Under the pieces are notes generated by a model that had not been told where the DNA came from, did no database searches, and worked only from the letters and a program-made list of their open reading frames with translations. Of a DNA stretch of 64,000 nucleotides, positions 1 through 9,893 are shown in pieces. Each line of letters begins with the position of its first letter. The stretch's first letter is position 1. The stretch spans positions 1 through 64,000 of the forward strand of contig JBCNVB010000013.1 in NCBI GenBank assembly GCA_039630415.1, in the 5' to 3' direction. Source of the DNA: a bacterium (GTDB taxonomy: Bacteria; DRYD01). Position numbers and translations under genes: made by a program.

Positions 1-219
1 TTGTTGGATGATGAAGGCTACTACTTGCATAGCACTTTCTGCATTGTTGACCATATTCTGTTCAACGATGTATTCATGGTTTGTTTTGAAGTTTGTTTTT
101 GTCAAACCGAACAGTGCGATCGACATCATTATCAAAACCACGATAAAAAATAGCGTGCTTAATAGAAGAACTCCCTTTTTGTATCTTGCAGCTTCGATCT
201 TTGAAAGGTTGTCCTTCAT
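1..219 (-). CDS. Partial CDS (5' part only, runs off window start): PilX-like / type IV minor pilin-type protein
   Basis: Own translation from ATG at 219: MKDNLSKIEAARYKKG-VLLLSTLFFIVVLIMMSIALFGL...NNAESAMQ. Basic-Gly prepilin-like site, hydrophobic helix and AES motif typical of PilX N-termini; GGGGGTG SD upstream. Not in the ORF track. Confidence 0.6.
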   Translation of the reverse strand, partial: MKDNLSKIEAARYKKGVLLLSTLFFIVVLIMMSIALFGLTKTNFKTNHEYIVEQNMVNNAESAMQVVAFIIQQ

Positions 220-407
220 AATAAAGAAACACCCCCTTATGTTTTCTTATGAGGTATGTAAAAAGTATGAGCGATCTTTTGGGAGAATTTTGAGGAAAAT
301 TTTGAGGAAACCTTTTTTCTGCTTGTATACGCGCTGATTCACAACCTCTATACCCACTTCTAATCGACTTCTACTAATATTAAATTAAATCCAAAATCTC
401 AAAATTC

Positions 408-1127
408 CTACCTATTAGATTCTGCTTGCTGAAACAAATAATACGCATAAACCCTGTTCCTACCCCAACTAAAATAATAGCTCCTCGAAAAAAGCAAAAT
501 CAATGTCTTGTTACTCGATAACGCCAACTGCCTAATAGACTTGGGAATAGATTTCGAAAGAGTTACAATCAAACAATTATACGCCTTACTTACAATCTTT
601 TCAACAATCCTACAAAAAAAATCTTCTTCAAACGCCGTCGATGGAATATAAATAAACATCCTTTCTTTGCAAATCTTATCAAACTGATCAGACAGGTATT
701 CTTCAATATCCGCTTTTATGAACTCAAGATCCTGAGCACTAACCACCAACTTACCCAACAAATTTTTAATCCTATTGGCTTTCTGAATAAAAGTGCTGAT
801 ATTATCAACACCTATCGATTTTAGGTTAAACATAATTTTTGCGGTAAAAACGGTTTTACCAACACCACAACCCAAGTCCACAAAAAATCTCCCACCTATG
901 TCAACTACACTACCAACATCACGTATGATTTTGTACATCGTAATATAGGGTGTTTCTCCATAGGTGTAGTTTTCCGCCTTTGGTAACTTGTACTTGGATA
1001 TTTCCAAATATACCACCCACCGCGGCGGAAGCAAAATATACTCATAAAAAAAAGCAATCTTAACCATCAACAACCTCAAACACCCAAAAGGATGCTTAAA
1101 CAAAAGCGAAAGGTCAATCAGTGACAA
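408..1127 (-). CDS. Class I SAM-dependent methyltransferase (DOT1-like)
   Basis: YTYGET and FVDLGCGVGK motif I; start codon uncertain. Confidence 0.75.
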   Translation of the reverse strand: MSLIDLSLLFKHPFGCLRLLMVKIAFFYEYILLPPRWVVYLEISKYKLPKAENYTYGETPYITMYKIIRDVGSVVDIGGRFFVDLGCGVGKTVFTAKIMFNLKSIGVDNISTFIQKANRIKNLLGKLVVSAQDLEFIKADIEEYLSDQFDKICKERMFIYIPSTAFEEDFFCRIVEKIVSKAYNCLIVTLSKSIPKSIRQLALSSNKTLILLFSRSYYFSWGRNRVYAYYLFQQAESNR

Positions 1128-1215
1128 AAAAAAGTTATAAACGTAGTAGATAATCCCTTGGATCAGGAGTTGAAAGAAGTTGAGGAGATAGAGGATATTA
1201 AACAGAGTTGTAAGG

Positions 1216-1288
1216 AGCTGGGGATGGGATTCGAACCCACGACCTGCTCATTACGAGTGAGCCGCTCTACCAACTGAGCTACCCCAGC
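1216..1288 (-). tRNA. tRNA-Thr(CGT)
   Basis: Reverse complement GCTGGGGTAGCTCAGTTGGTAGAGC...CT-CGT-AA...GGTTCGAATCC...CCCCAGCT folds as a cloverleaf; 3' CCA not fully encoded. Confidence 0.95.
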
Positions 1289-1354
1289 ATCACACCCAAC
1301 CCCCCTCTATATCAATTCAATTTACATAGGTGAAAGCCTCCTTTTGTAGAATTC

Positions 1355-1386
1355 CTAATACAAACACTCCACTAATACAAGCACTC
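1355..1386 (+). repeat. 15-bp direct repeat (CTAATACAARCACTC x2) just upstream of the pfk SD
   Basis: ctaatacaaacactc at 1355-1369 and ctaatacaagcactc at 1372-1386. Confidence 0.75.
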
Positions 1387-1403
1387 TAAAGGAGGGATAG
1401 ATA

Positions 1404-2423
1404 ATGAAAATTGCAGTACTTACGGGCGGAGGAGATGCACCAGGACTCAACGCCTACCTAAAAGGACTTTACCTAAACTGCATAAAAAACGGATTCGAAC
1501 TATACGGTTATCTGGACGGATGGAAAGGCGTACTCGAAAATAAATACATCAAACTCGAAGAAAAAGAAGTTATCAGAGCCTTCCACGAAGGAGGAACACT
1601 CATCGGTAGCTCCAGAACCAACCCCGCTAAAGACCAACAAACAATGAATAAAGCCATAGAAAACTTCAAATCCAGCGGGTTTAACTGTTTAATAGCAATA
1701 GGCGGAGAAGACACCATCGGCGCATCCTCCAAAATGTATAAAGCAGGTATACCCGTAATAGGACTACCCAAAACAATCGACTACGACCTCGTCGGAACAG
1801 AATTTACGGTCGGATTCAATACCGCTATCAACATCGTAATGGACTGCATCGAAAAACTAATCACCACCGCTAAATCACACAAAAGAGTCATAGTCGTAGA
1901 AGTAATGGGTAGACATGCGGGATGGATAGCACTATACGGCGGACTCGCAGGCGGCGCTAACTACATCCTCATACCAGAAGTTACACCCAATATCCCCGAA
2001 CTTGTCGAATTCATCAAACAAAGATACGAAAGAGGAGATAAATACGCAGTCATCGTCGTAGCCGAAGGCGTAAAAATAAAAGAAGAAGACAAACCAAAAC
2101 AAGTAGTAGACGAATACGGACACGTAAAACTCGGAGGAGTAGGCGAAACACTCGCACAAATAATCGAAGAACAAACCAAAATAACCACCCGCTCCGTAAA
2201 CCTAGGCCACCTACAACGAGGAGGACCCGCCACCTCCTACGACCGCATCATACCCCTACTCCTCGCCTCCAAAACCATAGAACTCATCAAAAACCAAACC
2301 TTCGGAAAAATGGTATGCATAAAAAACGGACAAGTCGATACTATTAACCTCGAAGAAGCCGAAGGCAAAACCAAAAAAGTACCACCAGAACTATACAACC
2401 AACTCAAAACCTACTTCCACTAA
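1404..2423 (+). CDS. pfkA: 6-phosphofructokinase, probably PPi-dependent (group III type)
   Basis: TGGGDAPG, GGEDT, PKTID, EVMGRHAGW and LGHLQRGG motifs; strong SD. Confidence 0.92.
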   Translation: MKIAVLTGGGDAPGLNAYLKGLYLNCIKNGFELYGYLDGWKGVLENKYIKLEEKEVIRAFHEGGTLIGSSRTNPAKDQQTMNKAIENFKSSGFNCLIAIGGEDTIGASSKMYKAGIPVIGLPKTIDYDLVGTEFTVGFNTAINIVMDCIEKLITTAKSHKRVIVVEVMGRHAGWIALYGGLAGGANYILIPEVTPNIPELVEFIKQRYERGDKYAVIVVAEGVKIKEEDKPKQVVDEYGHVKLGGVGETLAQIIEEQTKITTRSVNLGHLQRGGPATSYDRIIPLLLASKTIELIKNQTFGKMVCIKNGQVDTINLEEAEGKTKKVPPELYNQLKTYFH

Positions 2424-2498
2424 AAAACTACACTAAAAAGCTACGCTAAAAAGCTACACTAAAAAAAGCTACGCTAAAAAAAAGCTACGCTAAAAAAA
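2418..2498 (+). repeat. Tandem repeat of about 5-6 copies of CTACRCT-A(5-8)-G
   Basis: Directly visible after the pfk stop; units differ in A-tract length. Confidence 0.85.
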
Positions 2499-2591
2499 CG
2501 CATATTCCACTGCAGGATGCTAACAAAGCATAGAAAATAACATAAAAGGGATAAAAAAAACAAGCAAATTAACACAGATCAAATTGGATAA

Positions 2592-2616
2592 ATTCCGCCA
2601 CCTTGGTAGGCGGAAT
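2592..2616. terminator. GC-rich stem-loop in the pfk-aldolase spacer
   Basis: ATTCCGCC...GGCGGAAT inverted repeat; no clear U-tract on the + strand. Confidence 0.45.
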
Positions 2617-2659
2617 AAAAATAACCAAGGGCAAGTAAAAACTTGCACCCAAAACAAAA

Positions 2660-3589
2660 ATGCTAAAAGTAGACGTTAAAATCCCCCTCGACGTACCCCC
2701 ATCCAAAAAAGAAGAATACCTCAAAAACTATTACCAAGCAACAGAAGGAACAGGAAGACTGTTTATATTCGCAGGTGACCAAAAAGTAGAACACCTAAAC
2801 GACGATTTTTATGGCCCAGATGTACACCCCGATGACAATCACCCGGAACACCTTTTCAGAATCGCAAGTAGAGCCAAAATCGGAGCATTCGCAACCCAAC
2901 TCGGACTCATAGCAAGATACGGCGAAGACTACCCAAACATACCCTACATCGTAAAAATTAACTCCAAAACACACCTAGTAAAAACAAGCCAAAAAGACCC
3001 ACTAAGCCTGGCCTGGATATCCATAGACGACGTAATAGACTTCAAAAAACAAACCAACCTAAACATAGTAGGCGTAGGATACACCATATACCCCGGAAGC
3101 GAATTCGAAGCAGAAATGCTAAGAGAAGCAGCAACCATAACCTACAAAGCCCACAAAGAAGGACTCTTGGTAGTAATATGGTCCTACCCAAGAGGAAAAG
3201 CAGTAAAAGATGAAAGAGATCCACACCTAATAGCAGGAGCAGCAGGACTAGCAGCCTGCATAGGCGCGGATTTTGTCAAAGTCAACCCACCAAAAGATCA
3301 AGAAGGTAAAGAAAACCCCGAACTACTAAAAGAAGCAGTCCTAGCCGCAGGAAGAACCAAAGTAATATGCGCAGGCGGTAAAAGCATCCAACCCGAAGAA
3401 TTCCTCAAAAAACTATACGACCAAATCCATATAGCAGGAGTAAGCGGAAACGCCACCGGAAGAAATATCCACCAAAAACAACTCGACGAAGCCATAAGAT
3501 TCTCCAACGCCATCTACGCCATAACCGTCAAAAACTACACCCCAGAACAAGCAATCAAAATATACAAAGGAGAGGAAGAACTTAAATAA
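2660..3589 (+). CDS. Class I fructose-bisphosphate aldolase (DhnA family)
   Basis: AGDQKVEH, WSYPRG, GADFVK (Schiff-base Lys), AGG and GRNI motifs; adjacent to pfk. Confidence 0.88.
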   Translation: MLKVDVKIPLDVPPSKKEEYLKNYYQATEGTGRLFIFAGDQKVEHLNDDFYGPDVHPDDNHPEHLFRIASRAKIGAFATQLGLIARYGEDYPNIPYIVKINSKTHLVKTSQKDPLSLAWISIDDVIDFKKQTNLNIVGVGYTIYPGSEFEAEMLREAATITYKAHKEGLLVVIWSYPRGKAVKDERDPHLIAGAAGLAACIGADFVKVNPPKDQEGKENPELLKEAVLAAGRTKVICAGGKSIQPEEFLKKLYDQIHIAGVSGNATGRNIHQKQLDEAIRFSNAIYAITVKNYTPEQAIKIYKGEEELK

Positions 3590-4203
3590 TGAACATACCA
3601 CTGATCCTTCTCACCGCACTCCTACTCTTCGTCATACTAGTTATCAGAAACATTCTAAAAGCATACGTAATCTACATGCTAGGAGACCCAACACCTAAAT
3701 ATCGAGGCTTACTATCCGCAAACCCCCTGAACCACATCGACCCCATCGGAACCACCTTCCTCTTCCTAACACCATTCCTCAGTCAAGGTACCTTCATATT
3801 CGGATGGACTAAATACATAGACTACGACCCCAACTACTTCAAAAATAAAGACCTATCAGAATTCATAGTAGGTTTCACAGGCTTAGCCTCATTCTTCATA
3901 GTTGTATTTGTCTCTAGAATACTAATCTCAGTACTACCAAATATGGCAGATCTTTTGGTTTTCTTATCCTACATGTCAGCATTTTTATTAGCAATAAATC
4001 TAATCCCTATCAAAGGCTTTGACGGAGCTATTATACTATCGGTAATTTTACGAAAAATAAACAGAAGACTTTTTTATGCATGGGAAGATTTTCAGTATAA
4101 GTACCAACTGGTAATTCTAGTAATGTTCTTCCCCCTCATAATCATACTTGCTCCTTTCCTGAAACTAATAGCACAACTAACCCTCAAAATAGCAGGCTGG
4201 TAA
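3589..4203 (+). CDS. Site-2 protease (M50, YwhC-like) homologue lacking HExxH
   Basis: LGDPTPK..G.LSANPLNHIDPIG and NLIPIKGFDG present; the HExxH position reads RNILK. Confidence 0.8.
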   Translation: MNIPLILLTALLLFVILVIRNILKAYVIYMLGDPTPKYRGLLSANPLNHIDPIGTTFLFLTPFLSQGTFIFGWTKYIDYDPNYFKNKDLSEFIVGFTGLASFFIVVFVSRILISVLPNMADLLVFLSYMSAFLLAINLIPIKGFDGAIILSVILRKINRRLFYAWEDFQYKYQLVILVMFFPLIIILAPFLKLIAQLTLKIAGW

Positions 4204-4215
4204 AGACTTGACAAC

Positions 4216-4253
4216 TCAACTGGACGGAGGTAAATCAACTAGACGGAGGTAAA
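4216..4253 (+). repeat. 19-bp tandem duplication containing the SD (TCAACTRGACGGAGGTAAA x2)
   Basis: Units at 4216-4234 and 4235-4253. Confidence 0.8.
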
Positions 4254-4258
4254 AATAA

Positions 4259-5483
4259 GTGAGGGAATTACTTAGAGAAGATTTCGAAAGATTAAACAAG
4301 GACTATCTGTATGTTGCTAAAAGAAAATTCAATGTCGAACTATCAAACGACATAACCAGTGCATACATATCAGACGTACTAATATCACTGTATTTTGAGG
4401 GACATAGAACAAAATCCAAACTGGCAATAAGCCTAGTTGGAAGTTTCATAGGTCAAACGGTAATACAAGAATGGGGAGGATACTGGGTCCCCGAATCATT
4501 CTCGATCAAAGCCGTAGGGATAAACAAAATACAAGTAAACCCCTTCTCAATAGCTCACCAAAGACTAACAAAAGGAGTAAACAAAACAATCTTCGAACAA
4601 CTATCATCCGTAGCCCTAAAAGCAAACAACCAAGACATAAACGAAGAACTAGATAACGAAAAAATACAAAACGTGTTCAATAGACTATTTGACGAGGGAT
4701 GGTGGCCCCTATCCATCGTATACAAAAAAAATCTACCCAACTACGTAAGACACGAAATGGCATACACACTAGGACTAATCGGAAAATACGTAAAAGACCA
4801 AGAGTACATCAAAAGTAAACTCTACGAACTCATGAAAGAAAAAGATACAGTATACTACGCCTGCGTAGCATTCCAAAATTGCCTATACCCCGAATTCATC
4901 GACCCAATAATCCAAATCATAGAATCAAACGATTACTCAAACAACATAAAAGCACAAGCTATACTTGCATTAACCGGAATCAAAAACGATAAACAATCCG
5001 AACAAAAAATTATCCAATTCGCACAAACAAAAATCCTCCAAATCCCTAACCCCCTCCTCAAATTCTACTTTGGAAACCTACTCGGAAACTTCGATAACCC
5101 CTCCAACATTAACTGGATAATACAAAAAATCCAAGACCCAACCCTCGACGAAATAACTAAACTAGCTCTACTCGTAGCTATCCAACTTCTCAGAAAAAAA
5201 GAATTCGTACAAACTCTCATCTCCATACTAATGCAAAATAACACACCTACATCCGTAAAAGACGAAATAATCAAAACCCTCCACCTACTACCAATCAACG
5301 AAGAAATCTATAACCTACTATCCAAATACAACGAATTCGACATGAAAAATAAAGTCGGGTTTATCAACATAGTCCTCTTTTCAGACTTCAAAGACAAAAA
5401 AGAACTACTATCAAACTTACTATCCCAAGAAAAAGAACCTTTTGTAAAGAGCTACATCCTATCCGCACTAGACAGCATATCCT

Positions 5484-5506
<23 letters not shown>
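4259..5506 (+). CDS. Hypothetical protein with HEAT-like helical repeats
   Basis: 415-aa ORF with GGAGG SD; repeated amphipathic helices such as IKAQAILAL and VKSYILSAL. Confidence 0.65.
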
Positions 5507-6396
<890 letters not shown>

Positions 6397-6419
<23 letters not shown>

Positions 6420-6762
6420 AGAAGAACTAAAAGAACAAGAACTCAAAGTAAAAAAAGAAATAAGATTCATAGTCTCAAAAATCTCATCAATAACCTTCTA
6501 CCTAACCTTTTTCTTTCTAGTCCTTACCTACCTCTTCTTACTCGCTAAAAAAAGCGACCTGGAAAAAAGATACTCCCAAAACATTCAACACCTAAAAGTA
6601 ATAGAAAACCAAATCTCAATCTACTCAGATCTGCTAACCACCCAACTGAGCATAGACACCATAACCAAAAAACTCAAAATCCAAAAACTATTCCTCCCCG
6701 AAGAAATATGGTACATCTACCAAAACCAAATGATAAAAATAGGGGGCAAAGATGTGGATTGA
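6397..6762 (+). CDS. Small bitopic membrane protein, possibly FtsL-like
   Basis: One TM helix followed by a coiled coil and a short C-tail; overlaps both neighbours (translational coupling). Confidence 0.45.
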
Positions 6763-7903
6763 AAACTACCTAAACCCAAAAGCCTACAACCTACAAAGAT
6801 ATAAAGCAGGAAAACCAATAGAAGAAATAAAAAGAGAAATCTTCGGAAACAAAGAAGTCAGAATACTAAAACTAGCATCAAACGAAAACCTAGCAGGTAT
6901 AGACAACTACGTACTAAAAAAACTAAAACAAGATTTAAAAAACCTGTACTACTACCCAGACGATAGCATGTACTACACCCTAGAAGCACTAAGCCAATTC
7001 TACAAAATCCCAAAAGATAGAATGGTTTTGGGAAACGGCGCAGTAGAACTAATAAGATACATCTACCAAATCCTCATAAAAGAAGGTGACATAATATTCA
7101 GTCCACACCCAACCTTCGCCATATACTACATAGACTCCAATCTATTCGGCGCACAACACCTAACATACAACCTACAACCCCCAGACTACTCCATAAAAGC
7201 ACATGACATACTCCAAAACCTACAAACACTCCAACAAAACAACAAAAAAGTCAAAATGCTAGTCATATGCAGCCCAAACAACCCAACAGGAACAATAATC
7301 ACCAACACCGACCTTATAAAAGTAATGGACTACTGTAAAGACGAAAAAATAATAGTCGTACTAGATGAAGCGTACCTAGAATTCGTAGACCACCCCGACT
7401 ACCACGACGGTTTGAAACTACTAGAAAAATACGAAAACCTAATAGTAATAAGAACCTTTTCCAAAGTATTCGCTTTAGCAGGACTAAGAGTAGGAGTAGC
7501 TTTCTCCAACCCATACATAACAAAAGCACTAAGCAATATAAGACTACCTTTTAACGTCAACACACTGGCCCAAAAAGCACTAATCTACTCGCTCGAAATC
7601 TACCCCAAAATCATCAAAAAAATAAAGAAAATAATCAAAGAAAAACACTTTATGTACAAAGAACTAACCAAAGCCGGCATAGAATATATCCCCACCTACG
7701 CTAACTTCATAGCCATAAAAGTAGATGACCACATGAGAGTATACAACGAACTCCTCAAAAGAGGCATAATAGTACGCCCCGCATCAGACATGAACATGGG
7801 CTCATACATAAGAGTAACAATAAGCCACAAAAGAGAGGAAAATGTTTTATTTTTGGGAAATTTGAAAAAAGTAGTGCCCGTAGCTCAACTGGATAGAGCG
7901 TAG
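6752..7903 (+). CDS. hisC: Histidinol-phosphate aminotransferase
   Basis: KLASNEN, PNNPTG, DEAY and RTFSKVFALAGLRVG motifs; the last 30 nt overlap tRNA-Arg. Confidence 0.92.
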   Translation: MWIENYLNPKAYNLQRYKAGKPIEEIKREIFGNKEVRILKLASNENLAGIDNYVLKKLKQDLKNLYYYPDDSMYYTLEALSQFYKIPKDRMVLGNGAVELIRYIYQILIKEGDIIFSPHPTFAIYYIDSNLFGAQHLTYNLQPPDYSIKAHDILQNLQTLQQNNKKVKMLVICSPNNPTGTIITNTDLIKVMDYCKDEKIIVVLDEAYLEFVDHPDYHDGLKLLEKYENLIVIRTFSKVFALAGLRVGVAFSNPYITKALSNIRLPFNVNTLAQKALIYSLEIYPKIIKKIKKIIKEKHFMYKELTKAGIEYIPTYANFIAIKVDDHMRVYNELLKRGIIVRPASDMNMGSYIRVTISHKREENVLFLGNLKKVVPVAQLDRA

Positions 7904-7947
7904 GATTGCGGATCCTGAGGTTAGGGGTTCAAGTCCCCTCGGGCACA
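7874..7947 (+). tRNA. tRNA-Arg(GCG)
   Basis: GTGCCCG/CGGGCAC acceptor stem; anticodon arm TAGGA-TTGCGGA-TCCTG; GGTTCAAGTCC T-arm. Confidence 0.93.
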
Positions 7948-7959
7948 CCCACACCCAAA

Positions 7960-9480
7960 ATGAACCAACCATCAACACACCTCAAAATCCCACTGGGAAT
8001 ATACTCCTTCAAACAAATAAGAACCCAAAACTACTACTACGTAGACAAAACATACTACATTTCAAAACTTTACCAAGAAGGTAAATACTATTTTCTATCA
8101 AGACCTTCCAAATTCGGTAAATCTCTACTCGTAGATACAATCAAATGCGCGTTTAAAGGACAAAAAGAACTGTTTGAAGGACTATACCTCGAAAAAAACT
8201 GGGACTGGAATCAAAAATACCCCGTCATCTATCTCAATCTCAACCTCAAAATATTCGAATTTGAACACTTCCTGGAATCCATACTAAATGTCCTGTATTT
8301 CCAATTCGAAGAACTAGAAATACCCAAAATACAATCCCAAGACTACATGTACGTTTTTCAATACCTGGTAAAAAAAACATACGAAAAATACAAAAAACCC
8401 GTAGTTATACTAGTCGATGAATACGACAGCCCTATAATAGAAAACCTCCATAACCTACCCGAAGCTATAGCAATCAGAAACCTACTCGATGGACTGTATA
8501 AATCAATACGTATTCTCGATGAATATACAAACTTTGTTTTCTTAACAGGTATATCAAAAATATCAAGATCCTCACTTTTCCAAGCACTAAACCAACTAAG
8601 AGATATATCCCTTTCAAAAGAATACTCTACTATATGCGGGTTTACAGAACAAGAAATATTAACCAACTTCTCCCATCTCATAACCCCAAATGAACTAGAA
8701 ATTATCAAACATTGGTACAATGGATACTCTTGGTCAGATCAACCACTATACAACCCCTACAGTATCCTAAACTATCTACAAGATAAAAAAATATCTCCCT
8801 ATTGGCCAGAAACTAATAATCCTAAACAAATATTCGAAATCCTAGATCATAAATACTTCCAATTCCAACTACCTCTTATAGAAGGCATAATTTGCAGTGA
8901 ACAAACTATAAACAGTTTTGACGTACAAAGAATAGTACCAGAATCACTCCTCTTCCAACTAGGATACTTATCCATCAAATCTACCTACACACAAACCCCT
9001 CCTACCCAATACAAACTATCTTTGCCAAATAACGAAGTAAGATTTTCCCTCTGTAAACTGTACTGCAAACAATATAACATACCAGAAAACTACGAAAACC
9101 AACTACTAAAAACACTACTAGATGAAAAGTTTACTGAATTTATAAAACTACTAAACCAAATCTTTATCCCCTTAAAATCAACCAAAAATAAAGTAACCTA
9201 CATCAACTTATTCTACGCTTTGATGGTCTGTAACATAATACAACTAAATGATCCAGACATAAAATTCAGCGTATCATGTAACCAACCAAATAAACTAACT
9301 TTCATAATCCATAAGGCGAGTAAAATTTACGTTTTGATATTTTGTTTGGATCATGATTGCCAAGATTCCATAAATATAAACCAACTTACCAATGATTACG
9401 GAAAATCTAAAGAAATAATTTTGATCGCTATAAAACTAGTTTCAAACAAAATAAATTATTGGGTCCTTAGGATAAGTTAA
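7960..9480 (+). CDS. AAA-ATPase-like protein (family usually fused to a PD-(D/E)XK nuclease); C-terminal domain divergent
   Basis: PLGIYSF, YYVDKT, SRPSKFGKS Walker A, VILVDEYD Walker B, WYNGY, YNPYS. Start moved to the in-frame ATG at 7960 because 7906 lies in the tRNA. Confidence 0.85.
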   Translation: MNQPSTHLKIPLGIYSFKQIRTQNYYYVDKTYYISKLYQEGKYYFLSRPSKFGKSLLVDTIKCAFKGQKELFEGLYLEKNWDWNQKYPVIYLNLNLKIFEFEHFLESILNVLYFQFEELEIPKIQSQDYMYVFQYLVKKTYEKYKKPVVILVDEYDSPIIENLHNLPEAIAIRNLLDGLYKSIRILDEYTNFVFLTGISKISRSSLFQALNQLRDISLSKEYSTICGFTEQEILTNFSHLITPNELEIIKHWYNGYSWSDQPLYNPYSILNYLQDKKISPYWPETNNPKQIFEILDHKYFQFQLPLIEGIICSEQTINSFDVQRIVPESLLFQLGYLSIKSTYTQTPPTQYKLSLPNNEVRFSLCKLYCKQYNIPENYENQLLKTLLDEKFTEFIKLLNQIFIPLKSTKNKVTYINLFYALMVCNIIQLNDPDIKFSVSCNQPNKLTFIIHKASKIYVLIFCLDHDCQDSININQLTNDYGKSKEIILIAIKLVSNKINYWVLRIS

Positions 9481-9533
9481 GAGGAAACTCTTAGTCCCTA
9501 AAACATAAAATCTTTCTAACCCCTTTTAGTTTG

Positions 9534-9550
9534 TTTACATTTTTTTTACA
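9534..9550. promoter_or_regulatory. Direct-repeat box TTTACA-N5-TTTACA (OmpR/PhoB-family-like site), copy 1
   Basis: Identical 17-mer at 50551-50567; 16/17 match (reverse strand) at 38771-38787. Confidence 0.55.
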
Positions 9551-9622
9551 AATCTCTACATGCATTAAGCTTTGACATAGCATAAAAAAACTAACAAAGC
9601 AAATAAAAGGAGGTATAAGAAA

Positions 9623-9844
9623 ATGATGGTAAGCAAAGTAAGTGTATCTTCGGTTGGTTACAAGAAAATGCCAGACTATCCTAAGAAAGATCAAAAACTT
9701 GATAGCCCCGACTATTCAAACGGTAAAAATAACAACAATCCGGATTACGGTAACTACATAGACGAATATGCAGGTGGTGGAGGAGGAAACTACTACGAAT
9801 ACAGTGGACCAGATGGATCATATAGCTATGATCCTTACCATTAA
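9623..9844 (+). CDS. Small Tyr/Asp/Gly-rich protein with repeated PDY
   Basis: Strong AGGAGGT SD, downstream hairpin, 73 aa. Confidence 0.75.
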   Translation: MMVSKVSVSSVGYKKMPDYPKKDQKLDSPDYSNGKNNNNPDYGNYIDEYAGGGGGNYYEYSGPDGSYSYDPYH

Positions 9845-9861
9845 GTACCATTAAGTAAGCA

Positions 9862-9893
9862 ATAGGTGGGTGGGCACTGAGCCCCCCTCCTAT
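9862..9893. terminator. Stem-loop between convergent genes
   Basis: ATAGGTGGGTGGGC-ACTGA-GCCCCCCTCCTAT imperfect inverted repeat. Confidence 0.6.

Noticed and set aside
8-337. 109-aa + strand ORF
   Set aside because: Shadow of the SD-led pilin-like gene on the minus strand
2418-2498. Possible CRISPR array
   Set aside because: Units are 13-16 bp and abut with no unique spacers; no cas genes
7906-7959. Track start of the AAA-ATPase ORF
   Set aside because: Lies inside tRNA-Arg; the in-frame ATG at 7960 matches the family N-terminus
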